From Octopus sinensis (lineage: Eukaryota), in contig NC_042997.1 of assembly GCF_006345805.1 (NCBI RefSeq), forward strand, positions 174,468,001 to 174,532,000: a DNA stretch of 64,000 nt, given 5' to 3'. The position numbers and the translations under genes are program-made. Shown here in pieces: positions 25,600-39,512 of this stretch. How positions within the stretch are numbered: the first letter of the stretch is position 1; every line of letters begins with the position of its first letter. Under the pieces are notes generated by a model that ran no database searches, had not been told where the DNA came from, and saw only the letters and a list, made by a program, of their open reading frames with translations.

Positions 25600-27200
25600 T
25601 CGGGTATCTACTTGCTTAACTTGTTGTTCCGATCTCAAACTTAACCAACTCAACCGATTTTCATAATTCTTATCTAAAAAATATTACATTAAACACAACT
25701 ATTTCTGAATTTAATAGGATAGAATCAATGAAAGTTGCTTTCCTCTCAAATCCAGGTCAGAAGGAGCATTGCAGGAAATTTTGGGTATTTCTGCATTATG
25801 CAAAATAAGAGAAGAATGAAGGTCTTTCCGCGGTTGCTCGCATTTAAAGAGTTAGTAACCAAATCTCTCCTAAGTCATATCCAGCCATTTTTCAAAAAAG
25901 AAAGGCAGATGTGATCCAGGGTATTGCAGGACAAGATACATGTTAACGTTCAACAGAAACAGGAAGATTATGGGACACCTTAGCACAAAAAACAATATTT
26001 CAAGTGGGTGCGTCCATCCGTCTCTTTATATTTCAGGGAATATCAAGATGATTTTATGGTGTATTTTATTTTGTAAAATATATATCCTTCTTTGTTTATG
26101 GAATTTTGGGAAACGGCTGTGATAAACAGGTCGCTTTCAGTATTTTAAAACTGGCGAAACTCATTCATTTCCAGATATGTATACAGGATTTATAATGAGA
26201 GAGGATGAAGTCGACAGCAAAACTGGAACTTCATTTATCGAACCCATATTATGAAAGTTTATTTCGGCGTGATTTGGACTCAGAGTGCAGATAGCCACGA
26301 AGAATACCGTAAGGAATTCTGCTCGATGCTCTAAGGATTCTGCCAAGACGCCACTTATTCTTTATGCAGTCAAAAATAAATCGACAAAGAGAAATATTAT
26401 ACTTCTTTAGTTTCAAAGAAAATATTTTCTCTATTATAGGTCATTATATATGGATAAGTTTAATGTTTCACTAATGGCACCACAGAAACACACACGCACC
26501 TTAAAATATTTTAATGGTATTACTTTCAATGGTCCAGTGGTTCTTGGAAATACGATGGTGACCTGGGTACATTTCTTTCAATTAATTAGTTGCTAACTGT
26601 AAGAAAATCACTTTTATTTTAAGAAAATTAATAATGGCCTCAGCTATAAGTACACGCTAGAGAAGAAATAAGAGTCTCCTTTGTTCTACTCACTGCCTCC
26701 AGTTTTTAATAATTTTTACCCTTATATTATGTCTATAACTCATGTGATTTTCTGTTATGTACCTCTATGTCAACATTCATAAAATCAACCTACAGCAAAA
26801 GACATTCCAACCACGACAGTCACAACTTTTTAGGAGTAATCCTAACCATATTGCCCATTGTGTTTTTGATATTCTCAAATAATATGGCACAGTTTTAGAA
26901 AGATTTGATAAATATTTATCGCAGGTTGAGCTCCTACAAGTGATGATAAATTTCTTTATTGTTATTGCTATTCTTATTCTGATAAAATAAGATCGCCGAA
27001 CGGTTTCGTAGAAATTCTTTCCTTGCTCTTCATGTTGATAAAGTGGTTAAAATGCTGGTGTTTAGCGCTATCTAATTCCGAACTAGAACTCCGACATGAA
27101 GTGATATATAATCTTCGTTAAGACCTTACAGCATTCATTATGTAAGACATTTCGTATTTCATTGAAAGTTTCATCATATATATATATATATGTATATATG

Positions 27201-27236
<36 letters not shown>

Positions 27237-29516
27237 GTGTGTATAATGATTTTTGTGGTAAAAGAAATCACACGCGATTTTAGTTGGCCCCAGCACAATT
27301 TGAAACTTTCAATAATTTGATCAATTATGCAGTCTAGACAGATGTAACAACATTATTTTTCTGGGGGTTTTGTTTTTACAATTTTTTAGTATTAATATCC
27401 AGTTAGGACTCTAGTTGATTTGATCTTATTTTTGTCGACCAATTAGAGTTAACGATTAAATTTGTCATATCTCATAAATTGAAAACGCAAGTCGAAATAT
27501 TTTCAAGCGCTCGAGAAGATTAATAGTTCAATAGAACCGGTGATCATATCAAAATGAAAGCCTGATCTCTACGGTAAAGGACGCCACATACCCAGTACAG
27601 ACATCAACAAATTGAAACAAACACATCAACTGAGCTTTGTTAAGTCATCTGGCTGAGTGACACTGCGAAACTAAAGTCACCATAATAAAATATTCCCTAA
27701 TACTGTAGCTTCGAGTTTATCAGGAGTCCTTGGGTTTCACAGGAATGTAATCTCAAAACTGGTTCCAAGAGAATAATGTCCGAATCGAGTAACTGGTCGA
27801 CAGAATGGATGGTTTCTTGTGCTTACTGAAGCGACATGAATAACTAGAGCAAAAGGTAAAGTTTACCAGTAAGCAAAGGTTGTGGTCCAGAAACAAACCT
27901 GTGCAATGAAGAAATAATTAGAATAATGATTAGAAGCAAACCAAAGTATTTGAAATTTATAAACTAGCTAAAATGTAGAGCATCAGGGATTTTGCTCAAT
28001 GCCACTATAGTTCAAGTGTAACATGCCTGAGACCAGGGAGTATCGAAGGACTAAACGTATGGTGTATAAGGCAGATGATGTATCCATGCTTCACTGAAAG
28101 GTTTGAAACCAGGACATGTTACAGGTTATGTATTCATAATCAAGAAATATACAAGGATCCGCATCCCAGTATGAAATCCCGGTCGATTCTGCTTAATTAT
28201 TGCATAACCTCGATAATTGAAAATATAATGTAACTAACCGAATTGTTATTGGAGGTAATCAATCACAAGATTTGAATATATTATCTGTAGAAAGTCATAG
28301 TGGTTTCATGTATGCATTATGCACGAACAACTATACAGAAAGCTTGTAAGGGTTTGAAAGGGACATTCGAATTTATCCCAAGGTTAGTAATGTCAAATTC
28401 ATTACCGCATAAATCAACCATTGTGTATATATAATGTACTCATATTTCACCTAGTAAAAGCAATTTTTAAATGCACCTTGATATTCTTAAATTACCCAAA
28501 TTAAAACTTGCTCGTTTGCGCGTACGCTCTGGCAACGACTGCTGACTTACTTAGGTCATTACTCAAAAGGACTACTCTGTATGCGTAATTTACGCATGTT
28601 CAACTTTTTTTATTGTTTGAAATGTATTGACAGGGCATATCGCTTTCACTTATAACCCTCTAATAGCCCAGATCCGTACATCCCGATAATGGCTTCCACA
28701 TATTTTCACTTAAACAAACATGAAGATATAAAATATAATCACGATCATGTGGGATAAAAATCAAATTTGAATGAATTCATGACGGGTTAACATTGTTGAT
28801 AACGGAAGCAACAAAACTGCATTTTCCAAATACATGATTAAAAATGATCCATTTCTGAATATCGACAGCGAAAAATTATTTATTGACGGATGACATCCTT
28901 TTATTATTTGTTTCAGTATTTAAACTGCGGCCATGCTGGGGTATCGCCATGAAGAGTTTAGTCCATCAAATCTCCATCAGTACTTACTATGTTACTTTCA
29001 AGTATAGTACTTACTTTATAGGTATCTTTTGCCAAACCGATAAGGTAGAAAACATAAACAAACACTCATTGTCAAGCATTGGGGATACAAACACACACAC
29101 ACACACACACGAACACAGCCATGCACATGCAAGCACACACATACATACACACTATATTCCTGGGTGGACAAATGCCTCGATATATATATATATATAAAGC
29201 AGAAGATACTTGTCTAAGGTGCTACAGAAACAACGTGGTCGGGCTGCGAACACTCGTTTGGCATCGTTTGTTAATAAAACTGAGGTAATGACTATGAACA
29301 TTTTAACGTCATGAAAATATAAGCTTTCAGAAGTTATAACATCATACAGAATATCTTCAATTTTATTGCACAGTTAATTGTTATGCAGGCAATTAATCTA
29401 ATTACTAAATTCGATGTTCGGTTGAAGAGAATATGCAGTATGAGCGGGGGTGCATACAGACGCGCATAAATTTATACATATGTATACATAAGCGTAAGTG
29501 TTTATATATTTAAAGG

Positions 29517-29712
29517 GGGGTTTTGGGTAAAAGAAAATTCAGGAGAATCAGTTAATTAGGATTTTATTCAACATATTTCCCTCTCAGATTCATACACTTA
29601 ATACAGCAGTCCTTCAGTTTTTGAAAGCCTTGTAAAAGATCTCGGAAGATTGGACTTCCAGCCAGACCTTTCGCGATACTCTTAAAGCCAGGAACTTTTC
29701 AGCACTCCCTCG
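29517..29712. mobile_element. Mariner-derived MITE, left end truncated
   Basis: Matches 25405-25599. Confidence 0.75.
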
Positions 29713-29724
29713 TTGATATATATA

Positions 29725-29766
<42 letters not shown>

Positions 29767-29942
29767 TATATATATAAAGTTTAGGTCACCTTAAATAAGC
29801 TTGTGACATATTTTTACTTCTGAAGGCAATTTCATTGCAGTTTACCAAAATGCGACTAGGAGTCCGTGATGGGGTACCACTAACTTGATAATGGTGTATT
29901 TACGCCTTTTGCAGTAAGCGAGTAATTTTCCTCTACAGCAAA

Positions 29943-29978
<36 letters not shown>

Positions 29979-30705
29979 ATGGGATTTAGTTCACAGGTGA
30001 TCTAAATGATTAGGTACGCCACGTAAGTGCTGTAAAGGATTGCTAGGGTTCCAATGTTATAACCGAAAAAATAACTGCAGATTTCCGATGCAGCGGATAT
30101 ATAATTGTTAAAGAGGACATCAAATATTAAGGGAAAATAAACATCTCAAGTCGTATACAATATTATTGGGAAATATTCAAAGTCTTACACCTGTTTCTGG
30201 GATATTCCTGAGTATGGGATATTCTCATCAGAGATAAATAGGAAAAAATAGGGTAAATGAGAATGGTATATATTAATGAGATGACGACATAGATGAAGTG
30301 AGTAAAAGAATAAGGAGATGGCAACAAAGAAGAAAATAGAAGCATAAAATTCATAGTTTAAATTTCCGAAGTTATAGAAACAAGAGCATGAATCCTTAGG
30401 TGCAATCCTGCGCTGATCCATGAGCACAATCCTGCTTAGATCCATGTGGGTAGCGAACATATCAACGTTTAATAACGTTCAATGACAGACTTTCAACTAC
30501 CGGTTATACATACACATACTTACACACACATTAAAGATTTATATGTATATATATCGAGCAACGTGAAATAAAGCGTCTTGCTCAAAGACACAGCGCGTCA
30601 CCGGGAACTGAACTCACGACTGTAAGGTCGTGAGCTGAATACACTAATCAATGAGCCATAAGCCATCACATGAACATATATATGAATGTGTGTGTGTGTG
30701 TGTGT

Positions 30706-30741
<36 letters not shown>

Positions 30742-30804
30742 TGTGTTTTTGTGTGTGTGATGTATATATACGTATGGTTATATATGTCTATCTACTTAAC
30801 CATA

Positions 30805-31458
<654 letters not shown>

Positions 31459-31480
31459 TCTATACTGATATACATGTGTG

Positions 31481-31548
<68 letters not shown>

Positions 31549-31979
31549 CAATTCATATGGGTGTATATACATAGATACAATGCAAGTTTTCACGCACAAA
31601 CACACACACACACACAAAAACACACACAAATGCAGAGTGTGGACGACATACTTCCCATAGGACATTTCTTTTTCATCTTTTTTCTAGTTTAAAATACCAC
31701 CTATTAGAAATACTTTCTCCGTGAGCACTGATCGAATAAATATCCACCTTTCCATTGGATAAAAAATGTGCAGCTGCTACGTTGCATGCTCCGAATTATT
31801 CGTTTATTTAGTTGAGAAATCTATTTGTTCAGCAAACGATCAGAATTTGAAATGAATTCAAACGTGACCCTGACTTTTTAGATCAAGCTCCAAAAAGAAC
31901 AAGCATGCAAATCTCAGGATCTCTGTCTCTCTAGCTTCCTCACATCCGCTCCATCGATCTCTCTTTACCTCTCTCTTTC

Positions 31980-32035
31980 AATATCTATATATCCATATAT
32001 ATATGTGTGTGTGTGTGTATGCATGTATATATATA

Positions 32036-32073
<38 letters not shown>

Positions 32074-32129
32074 TATATATATATACATATATATACATAT
32101 GTATGCATATATATATGTATGTATGTATG

Positions 32130-32166
<37 letters not shown>

Positions 32167-32760
32167 GCACACACACATACGTTCAAGTGTGTTACATGCG
32201 TGTATGTGCGTGAGTAAGTCAGTGTGCGTATGTGTGTGTGCCCCACAATCCCATTGTCACTCCATTCTTTTGCTTTCTCCAATCTTACTTTCCTCACACA
32301 CATACACAAACACAAACACATACACACACATGCACAAACATCAGCGTGACTAAGGGTGACAAGACACCTACATTGCTAGAAATAAGAGCTAAAATGCTTC
32401 AAAGGTGTTATAAAGCACATAACACATACATATCTATATGCATATATATGTACATACACACATACACGTATGCATATAAGCATATATACATTCATAGATA
32501 AACACACACACACACACACACAAGACATACATACATACATAAATACATACATCAATACATACATACATACATACATGCATGCATGCATATATACATGCAT
32601 GCATACATACATACATACATACATACATACATACATACATACATACATACATACATACATACATACATACATACATACATACATACATACATACATACAT
32701 ACATACATACATACATACATACATACATACATGCATGCATACATACATATTCATACCTAC
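31980..32760. repeat. Compound (TA)n/(CA)n/(TACA)n microsatellite field
   Basis: Directly visible. Confidence 0.9.
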
Positions 32761-32924
32761 ATTCACACATATGAATATGCGACGTTCTATGTTTAAGTAT
32801 GATAATTCGCTTACCGACCAAATAATTTCGGATTCGGCACTTTTCACTGCAAACTACTCTCAGCAAGTATTCTCAACTATAGCCTCAAGTCGTGAGGGAA
32901 TCCGATATGCAGAAACTGTGAGGA

Positions 32925-33068
32925 GAGCTGGCAGAAACGTTAGCGCGCAGGGCGAAATGCTTAGCGGTATTTCGTCTGCCGTTACGTTCTGAGTTCAAAT
33001 TCCGCCGAAGTCGACGTCGCTTTTCATCCTTCCGGGGTCAATAAATTAAGTGCCAGTTGCGCACTGGA
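32925..33068 (+). mobile_element. SINE family B, 3' truncated and fused to a Tc1 fragment
   Basis: Matches 217-370, then switches to Tc1 coding sequence at CTGGAGACGATA. Confidence 0.85.
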
Positions 33069-33258
33069 GACGATAGAAGAACTGGAGCTTATTTTAGCTG
33101 AAGAATGGACAACGATTCATTTGGAAACAATCCAAACTTTGTATGAGTCCATACCTCGTAGAACTCAAGCTGTAATTAATGCCAAAGGCGGTCCTACCCA
33201 TATTAAGATAAATTTGTTTGAAATTTGAAGGTGTTTCCATTATTTTGTCCAACCCCTG
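33066..33258 (+). mobile_element. Tc1-like transposon 3' end (transposase C-terminus and right TIR)
   Basis: TIEELELILAEEWTTIHLETIQTLYESIPRRTQAVINAKGGPT, followed by TTCCATTATTTTGTCCAACCCCTG|TA. Confidence 0.85.
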
Positions 33259-33278
33259 TATATATATATAAATATATA

Positions 33279-33505
33279 TATCATTAATTAATAAATTTTA
33301 GGGTAGCAAAAAAATTTTTAGAAAAATTCTCCGCTACCAGTGGTCTAGCGAGAAGGAAAAAATAGTGAATAGACTATATAATATACTGTGTTTAAATGTA
33401 TATTATATAGTCTATTGACTATTTTTTCCTTCTCACAAGACCACTGGTAGCGGAGAATTTTTCTAAATTTTTTTTTGCTACCCTAAAATTTATTAATTAA
33501 TGATA
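33279..33505. repeat. 227-bp near-perfect palindrome (hairpin/foldback)
   Basis: Arms of about 105 bp (TATCATTAATTAATAAATTTTAGGGTAGC...GCTACCCTAAAATTTATTAATTAATGATA) around a short loop CTGTGTTTAAATG. Confidence 0.95.
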
Positions 33506-33768
33506 AAAGGATTTTTTGGATAATTTTGAAAGAAAATCGGCAGTTATATTTACTGCTGAAAAACCGCATGTGCGTGGAGGATTTTGAAAAGTTATAGCAT
33601 ATAGACTTGAGGCATGGTCCTTATCGCCACGTGCCTATATATTAGCCTTTATTTTATATACAAAAGATTGCCGAAACTATGCATTGTCCAGGAAAGAAAT
33701 GGTAAAGGTTTTTTTTATTTCTCTTTCCCTTTCAGAATTACAACTATTAGGGTTTGGAGTTTAACTGC

Positions 33769-33846
<78 letters not shown>

Positions 33847-33861
33847 TTATATCTATATATA

Positions 33862-33907
<46 letters not shown>

Positions 33908-33937
33908 TATCTAATATATATATATATTATATATATA

Positions 33938-34352
33938 GGCGCAGGAGTGGCTGTCTGGTAAGTAGCTTGCTAACCAACCACATGGTTCCGGGTTCAGCCC
34001 ACTGCGTGGCAACTTGGGCAAGTGTCTTCTGCTATAGCCCGGGCCGACCAATGCCTTGTGAGTGGATTTGGTAGACGAAACTGAAAGAAGCCTGTCGTTA
34101 TATGTATATATGTATATATGGTGTGCGTATATTTTGTGTGTCTGTGTTGTCCCCCTAGCGTTGCTTGAAAACCGATGCTGGTGTGTTTACGTCCCCGTCA
34201 CCTAGCGGTTCGGCAAAAGAGACCGATAGAATAAGTACTGGGCTTACAAAGAATAAGTCCCGGGGTTGACTTGCTCGACTAAAGGTGGTGCTCCAGCATG
34301 GCCGCAGTCAAATGACTGAAACAAGTAAAAGAGTAAAAGAGAGTAAAGAGTA
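33938..34352 (+). mobile_element. SINE family A, full length
   Basis: Near-identical to 3267-3691. Confidence 0.9.
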
Positions 34353-34388
34353 TATATATATATATGAATGTATGCATGTATATCTATC

Positions 34389-34467
<79 letters not shown>

Positions 34468-34468
34468 G

Positions 34469-34506
<38 letters not shown>

Positions 34507-34700
34507 TTATCTCAGTAGATGACCACAGCATCTTGTTTTGGCTACACGCGTGTGGGAAGGGGCTGTTGACACAATCGTTTCATTCACAAATTGAATTCGG
34601 TGATACCAGTTGCGGATTCTAGCTCGCTCTGATACTGAGTTGAGTTGGTGCCTTCTGGTATCTCAAAAATTCAATATATAATCATTTATGATTATAGTAT

Positions 34701-34806
34701 TCTACGCTGAAGAGAAAAGAAGTTTCGGTAATATAGAATTATTTAATATTTAATATTAATTCTTATGCTTTCCTAAAAACTTGATTTCGAAACGTACGTC
34801 CGTGGA
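34701..34806 (+). ncRNA. Type I hammerhead ribozyme with extended stem II
   Basis: Stem I UCUACG/CGUGGA; core CUGAAGA (34707-13); stem II GAAA/UUUC plus a 2x2 loop plus AAGUUU/AAACUU; GAAAC-GUAC-GUC with palindromic ACGUACGU. Predicted cleavage after 34800. Confidence 0.85.
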
Positions 34807-35295
34807 TAACTAAAAAAATGTATGATAGATTGCAGTCAATTCATTCTCTCTTACCTGTTTGTGTCTGCCTTCCAAATGCTGTTTTACTGAGATCTCCCTT
34901 TTTAGTAGAAGAAATAGCTATAACCCTTTGACTGCTATTTCTAAATTCGGTATGTGGTAAGGCAACTCGTTGCTAAACCCTTATTGCTTAGTATTACTTA
35001 AATTTTCCTCGAATGAGGCTTTTACATGCGAAGACTACTGGTGTAAATTTAATTTTTCCAAATTAATTAATTTCACCCTTCATTATTACGGATAACCATA
35101 TTTTATCTCAGTAGATGACCACAGCATCTTGTTTTGGCTACACGCGGGTGGGAAGGGGCTGTTGACACAATCGTTTCATTCACAAATTGAATTCGGTGAT
35201 ACCAGTTGCGGATTCTAGCTCGCTCTGATACTGAGTTGAGTTGGTGCCTTCTGGTATCTCAAAATTCAATATATAATCATTTATGATTATAGTAT

Positions 35296-35402
35296 TCTAC
35301 GCTGAAGAGAAAAGAAGTTTCGGTAAGATAGAATTTATTAATATTTAATATTTAATTCTTATGCTTTCCTAAAAACTTGATTTCGAAACGTACGTCCGTG
35401 GA
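35296..35402 (+). ncRNA. Type I hammerhead ribozyme, unit 2
   Basis: Same fold as 34701-34806. Predicted cleavage after 35396. Confidence 0.85.
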
Positions 35403-35893
35403 TAACTAAAAAAATGTATGATAGATTGCAGTCAATTCATTCTCTCTTACCTGTTTGTGTCTGCCTTCCAAATGCTGTTTTTACTGAGATCTCCCTTTTT
35501 AGTAGAAGAAATAGCTATAACCCTTTGACGCTATTTCTAAATTCGGTATGTGGTAAGGCAACTCGTTGCTAAACCCTTATTGCTTAGTATTACTTAAATT
35601 TTCCTCGAATGAGGCTTTTACATGCCGAAGACTACTGGTGTAATTGATAATTTTTCCAAATTAATTAATTTCACCCTTCATTATTACGGATAACCATATG
35701 TTATCTCAGTAGATGACCACAGCATCTTGTTTTGGCTACACGCGGGTGGGAAGGGGCTGTTGACACAATCGTTTCATTCACAAATTGAATTCGGTGATAC
35801 CAGTTGCGGATTCTAGCTCGCTCTGATACTGAGTTGAGTTGGTGCCTTCTGGTATCTCAAAATTCAATATATAATCATTTATGATTATAGTAT

Positions 35894-36000
35894 TCTACGC
35901 TGGAGAGAAAAGAAGTTTCGGTAAGATAGAATTATTTAATATTTAATATTTAATTCTTATGCTTTCCTAAAAACTTGATTTCGAAACGTACGTCCGTGGA
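35894..36000 (+). ncRNA. Type I hammerhead, unit 3, core variant CUGGAGA (A6G)
   Basis: Same stems with a single substitution at core position 6. Predicted site after 35994. Confidence 0.7.
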
Positions 36001-36514
36001 TAACTAAAAAAATGTATGATAGATTGCAGTCAATTCATTCTCTCTTACCTGTTTGTGTCTGCCTTCCAAATGCTGTTTTACTGAGATCTCCCTTTTTAGT
36101 AGAAGAAATAGCTATAACCCTTTGACTGCTATTTCTAAATTCGGTATGTGGTAAGGCAACTCGTTGCTAAACCCTTATTGCTAAGTATATATATATATAT
36201 ATATATATATGGTACGAACATGCAGTACCGGCATGCTAAGTATAGCAGTCAAAATGACCAAACCACAAATTCCCACTTAAACACTAAGAACAAAAGCGGG
36301 CAAATGAATGAAAATCCTATAATCCCACCATTATTACGTGATGATTTTTTATCGTTATGGCTATTTTACGCATGCTAAGCCACTGATAGTATTATAAATA
36401 ATAATATCTTCATATATATCTATATATGTGTGTCTGTGTGTGTATAAACATATATATATATATATACATGTATATGCATATATTTACAGATATATGTAAG
36501 TGTGCATATGCATG

Positions 36515-36559
<45 letters not shown>

Positions 36560-36598
36560 TATATGCATATATCCATATGGTTATGCGTGTATATATAT

Positions 36599-36636
<38 letters not shown>

Positions 36637-37230
36637 AACACCGGTCATATTTTGGGTGAGGTTTTTTATTTTTATATCTGACACTCATTTGAATATATTG
36701 ACATTTTAGGTTCATTACACAGATAACTGACCAAATAGCAATAGAAACGATAGAGATGAAATAACCACTATGCCAAAGTCTGCGACTCGGACACACCAGT
36801 TTGATACATTGACTTCTGCATAAAGATTTCCAGAACAAATCGCTGCCCCTTAAAACTGCCACCCCTTAAAAGTAATATCCAATAAATTTCCTCCACGACC
36901 AATGAACAATAGCCACCATGTGGCACAGTGATTTCATATATAATTACAATTCATTTTTGTCATATTGTTATAATTTTCTGGAAAATTAAATAATTGTTTT
37001 CTCTGGTTTCACGTCAGAATACTACTTTTGTATTTTTAGTTTTCACTTGAGAAAACGTATTTAGAAATGATCAATAATGTAGACTATTTTATTTAAATAT
37101 GTGAAATTTGTTTTAATACATAGGTTTTTGTGATGATGAACCTTAGAGGCGCTAAAACCGGAACAGAAACGATGGAAATGAAAGAAGTCTCGATCTCAAG
37201 GCATCAAAGTTAATAATGTAGAGAGATTAA

Positions 37231-37445
37231 GAGGGGGTGCAGAAAAATTTCCTGACTTTAAAGTTATTGCGAAACGCCTGGCTGGAACCCCACACTTCCG
37301 AGTTGTTTTTAACAGGGCTTAAGAAAACTGAAGGAATGTTGCAATAAGTGCGTGAATCTGAGAGGAGAATGTGTTGAATAAAATCATAATTAACTGATTC
37401 TCATGTTTTTCTTTTACTTAAAGCCAGGATCTTTTCAGTCCCTAC
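37231..37445. mobile_element. Mariner-derived MITE (decayed)
   Basis: GAGGGGGTGCAGAAAAATTTCCTGACTTT ... AAAGCCAGGATCTTTTCAGT. Confidence 0.65.
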
Positions 37446-38053
37446 CCCACCGCTACCTCGTAGTTGACAAGCGCTCAGGTTTGGCGGCATGAGTTTGTGT
37501 TTGAGGAGAAAAGGAGGAATGTTAAAGAAAAAGTGGTTAGAAATTCAAGCCGTGAAGATCCAAAGTTTCGAGAATGAAAATATATGAATGCTTGATTTTA
37601 CTAAGAGGAGATTTGGGTGATCTGTTATGCAGGGTAAGACCAAGCAAGAATACAAGACAGACATAAAGTCGTGAGAGACCAGGGCCAAGTTCCAGAGCTG
37701 GAACTCCTGGAGGTGCACGTGTTTTATTATCATAAATATATGTAGTAAGGAATATATATGTATGTGTGTGCACGTTTGTGTCCTAGTGTGTGCATAAGAG
37801 CTTGGGCCTCTCTAGTATGTGATAAATATTCCATATATAATTCAGCCTATGCCTGACAAGAAACTGCTAAATTTTCAAATACGCTCTTAATTCATTGCGG
37901 CGATTTTCCGATGGCGATTACAAAACCAACCCTTGCAGGACATGTGTATGTGTGTGTGTGTATTTGTGAGCGCGTGTGTGTGCGTATGTGTGTGAGTCTG
38001 TGTGTGTAAACAACAAACAGATGTATTAGTTTAACGCTCGCGAAGTGAGAAAG

Positions 38054-38091
38054 TCTTTTACATTTCGAGCCTACGCTCTTCGGCAGAAAAA
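38054..38091 (-). ncRNA. Minimal type I hammerhead-like motif, non-canonical core CUGCCGAA
   Basis: UUUUU-CUGCCGAA-GAGC(GUAG)GCUC-GAAAU-GUA-AAAGA. The downstream 50 nt match the copy at 58955-59040. Confidence 0.55.
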
Positions 38092-39373
38092 AGCACAAAA
38101 ATATGCTATGAAAACAGAAAAAGGTTTGGTGGCTAACAATCTATCATGGTGAATGCCGGACAGAGGGGTTCACATAGGAGTGCTAGGAGGAAGGGGAGAT
38201 GATAAAGTAGTGGTGATCCCAAAAGTATATATATATATATTTGTAAAAAATGAAGTTCGAAAATGCTGCTGTATTATACAATTTTTAATTTTTATATATA
38301 CATTATAACATGTTTCAGTTCCTGAAATGAACCTTATCAAAAAAAGTTATATATAAAAAAAGACAGCTCATGCCGTCAAACACAAGAAATTCATTTATAA
38401 TACACAACGGAGTCAGACATCTTAGAGTTCATGTATAATTGATATATAGTTTGAAGTATATGTTCAAAGTGTTCGATGCAGTGGCCCACGGTGGCGATAC
38501 GTATTCAATACAAAAAACAGATCAAAGTGGTGGAAAGCGGTCAATACAGAAGATTGATATATATATATATATATAGCAACAACTAAAATATATTTATCAG
38601 AGAAAACTTATCATCAGAACCGTGATTACTAAATAAGGATTCTTACTTTAAGCATAAGGCCTGAAACTTTGCAGCAGGAAGCTTGACTCCAGTACATGAT
38701 TGGTACTTATTTTATCAACCCTGAAAGGATAAAAGGCAAAGTTAACTTCGGAGGAATTTGAACTCAAGACGTATTGATGGACGAAATGCCGCCAAGCCTT
38801 ATTTCCAGCGTGCTGCCTTATGATTACCAGATAATGCTGTCAGAAACAAAGAGATATATAATAAAATATTTACTAATGCTCGTATTGGCCTACGAAAATT
38901 CGGTTTTATTATAATCCATTAAAGGGATTTTAATTCTTAGTCGATGGAGCAAATTAAAAGATTATACACAAAAAGAGCAATTGCAGAATGAAATTTATTT
39001 CGAACGAAATTCGAAGAGTTTTCCAAATCTTAGGCCATTTGTATTCTGTGTAATGAGGAGAAGAACAATAAACTGAAGTTTTACTGCTCCGTTTGCAAAG
39101 ATAAAAAAAAAAGAAACGAAGCTATAAAATGCTTTTTTTTTTATTTCACTTCAGGATTCGTTTATTTGAAATCATTGCATGCATGCGTTCAGAGAATATG
39201 TCGTCTGATTCCAGAACGCTCACTATAACTATTTCTTGCCAACTTGTTATGTATGTCTCAGTATGCATTGGTGCAACTTCGTTTAAGATGGATTTTGTAC
39301 TAAAATATGCATATACACGTAACTACACATGCATACGCATACTCTGAAAAGCGTATATACATAAATGAGTGTG

Positions 39374-39406
<33 letters not shown>

Positions 39407-39430
39407 ATAAGGTTCATATATATACTTATG

Positions 39431-39510
<80 letters not shown>

Positions 39511-39512
39511 AT

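Larger units (their letters stand above)
34505..36187 (+). repeat. Tandem array of about 2.8 near-identical 596-598 bp non-coding units, each with a hammerhead, flanked by (TA)n
   Basis: Unit start ATCTCAGTAGATGACCACAGC at about 34509, 35105 and 35703; both ends merge into TA runs. Confidence 0.95.

Noticed and set aside
26161-26346. ORF MAESLEHRAEF...
   Set aside because: It is a decayed family B SINE read on the minus strand.
35601-35640. Second hammerhead-like hairpin in the tandem unit (CTCGAATGAGGC..GCCGAAG)
   Set aside because: The core and GAAAC-NUH elements are non-canonical in all copies, including the 52.2 kb relative. It is kept only as part of the shared motif.
34505-36187. CRISPR-like array
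   Set aside because: The units are about 596-bp near-identical tandem repeats without unique spacers, there are no cas genes, and the context is eukaryotic.
36740-36850. Minus-strand peptide NWCVRVADFG resembling a kinase DFG motif
   Set aside because: Spacing to the catalytic-loop-like GNL is two residues short, there is no flanking donor or further kinase motifs, and other frames are equally open.
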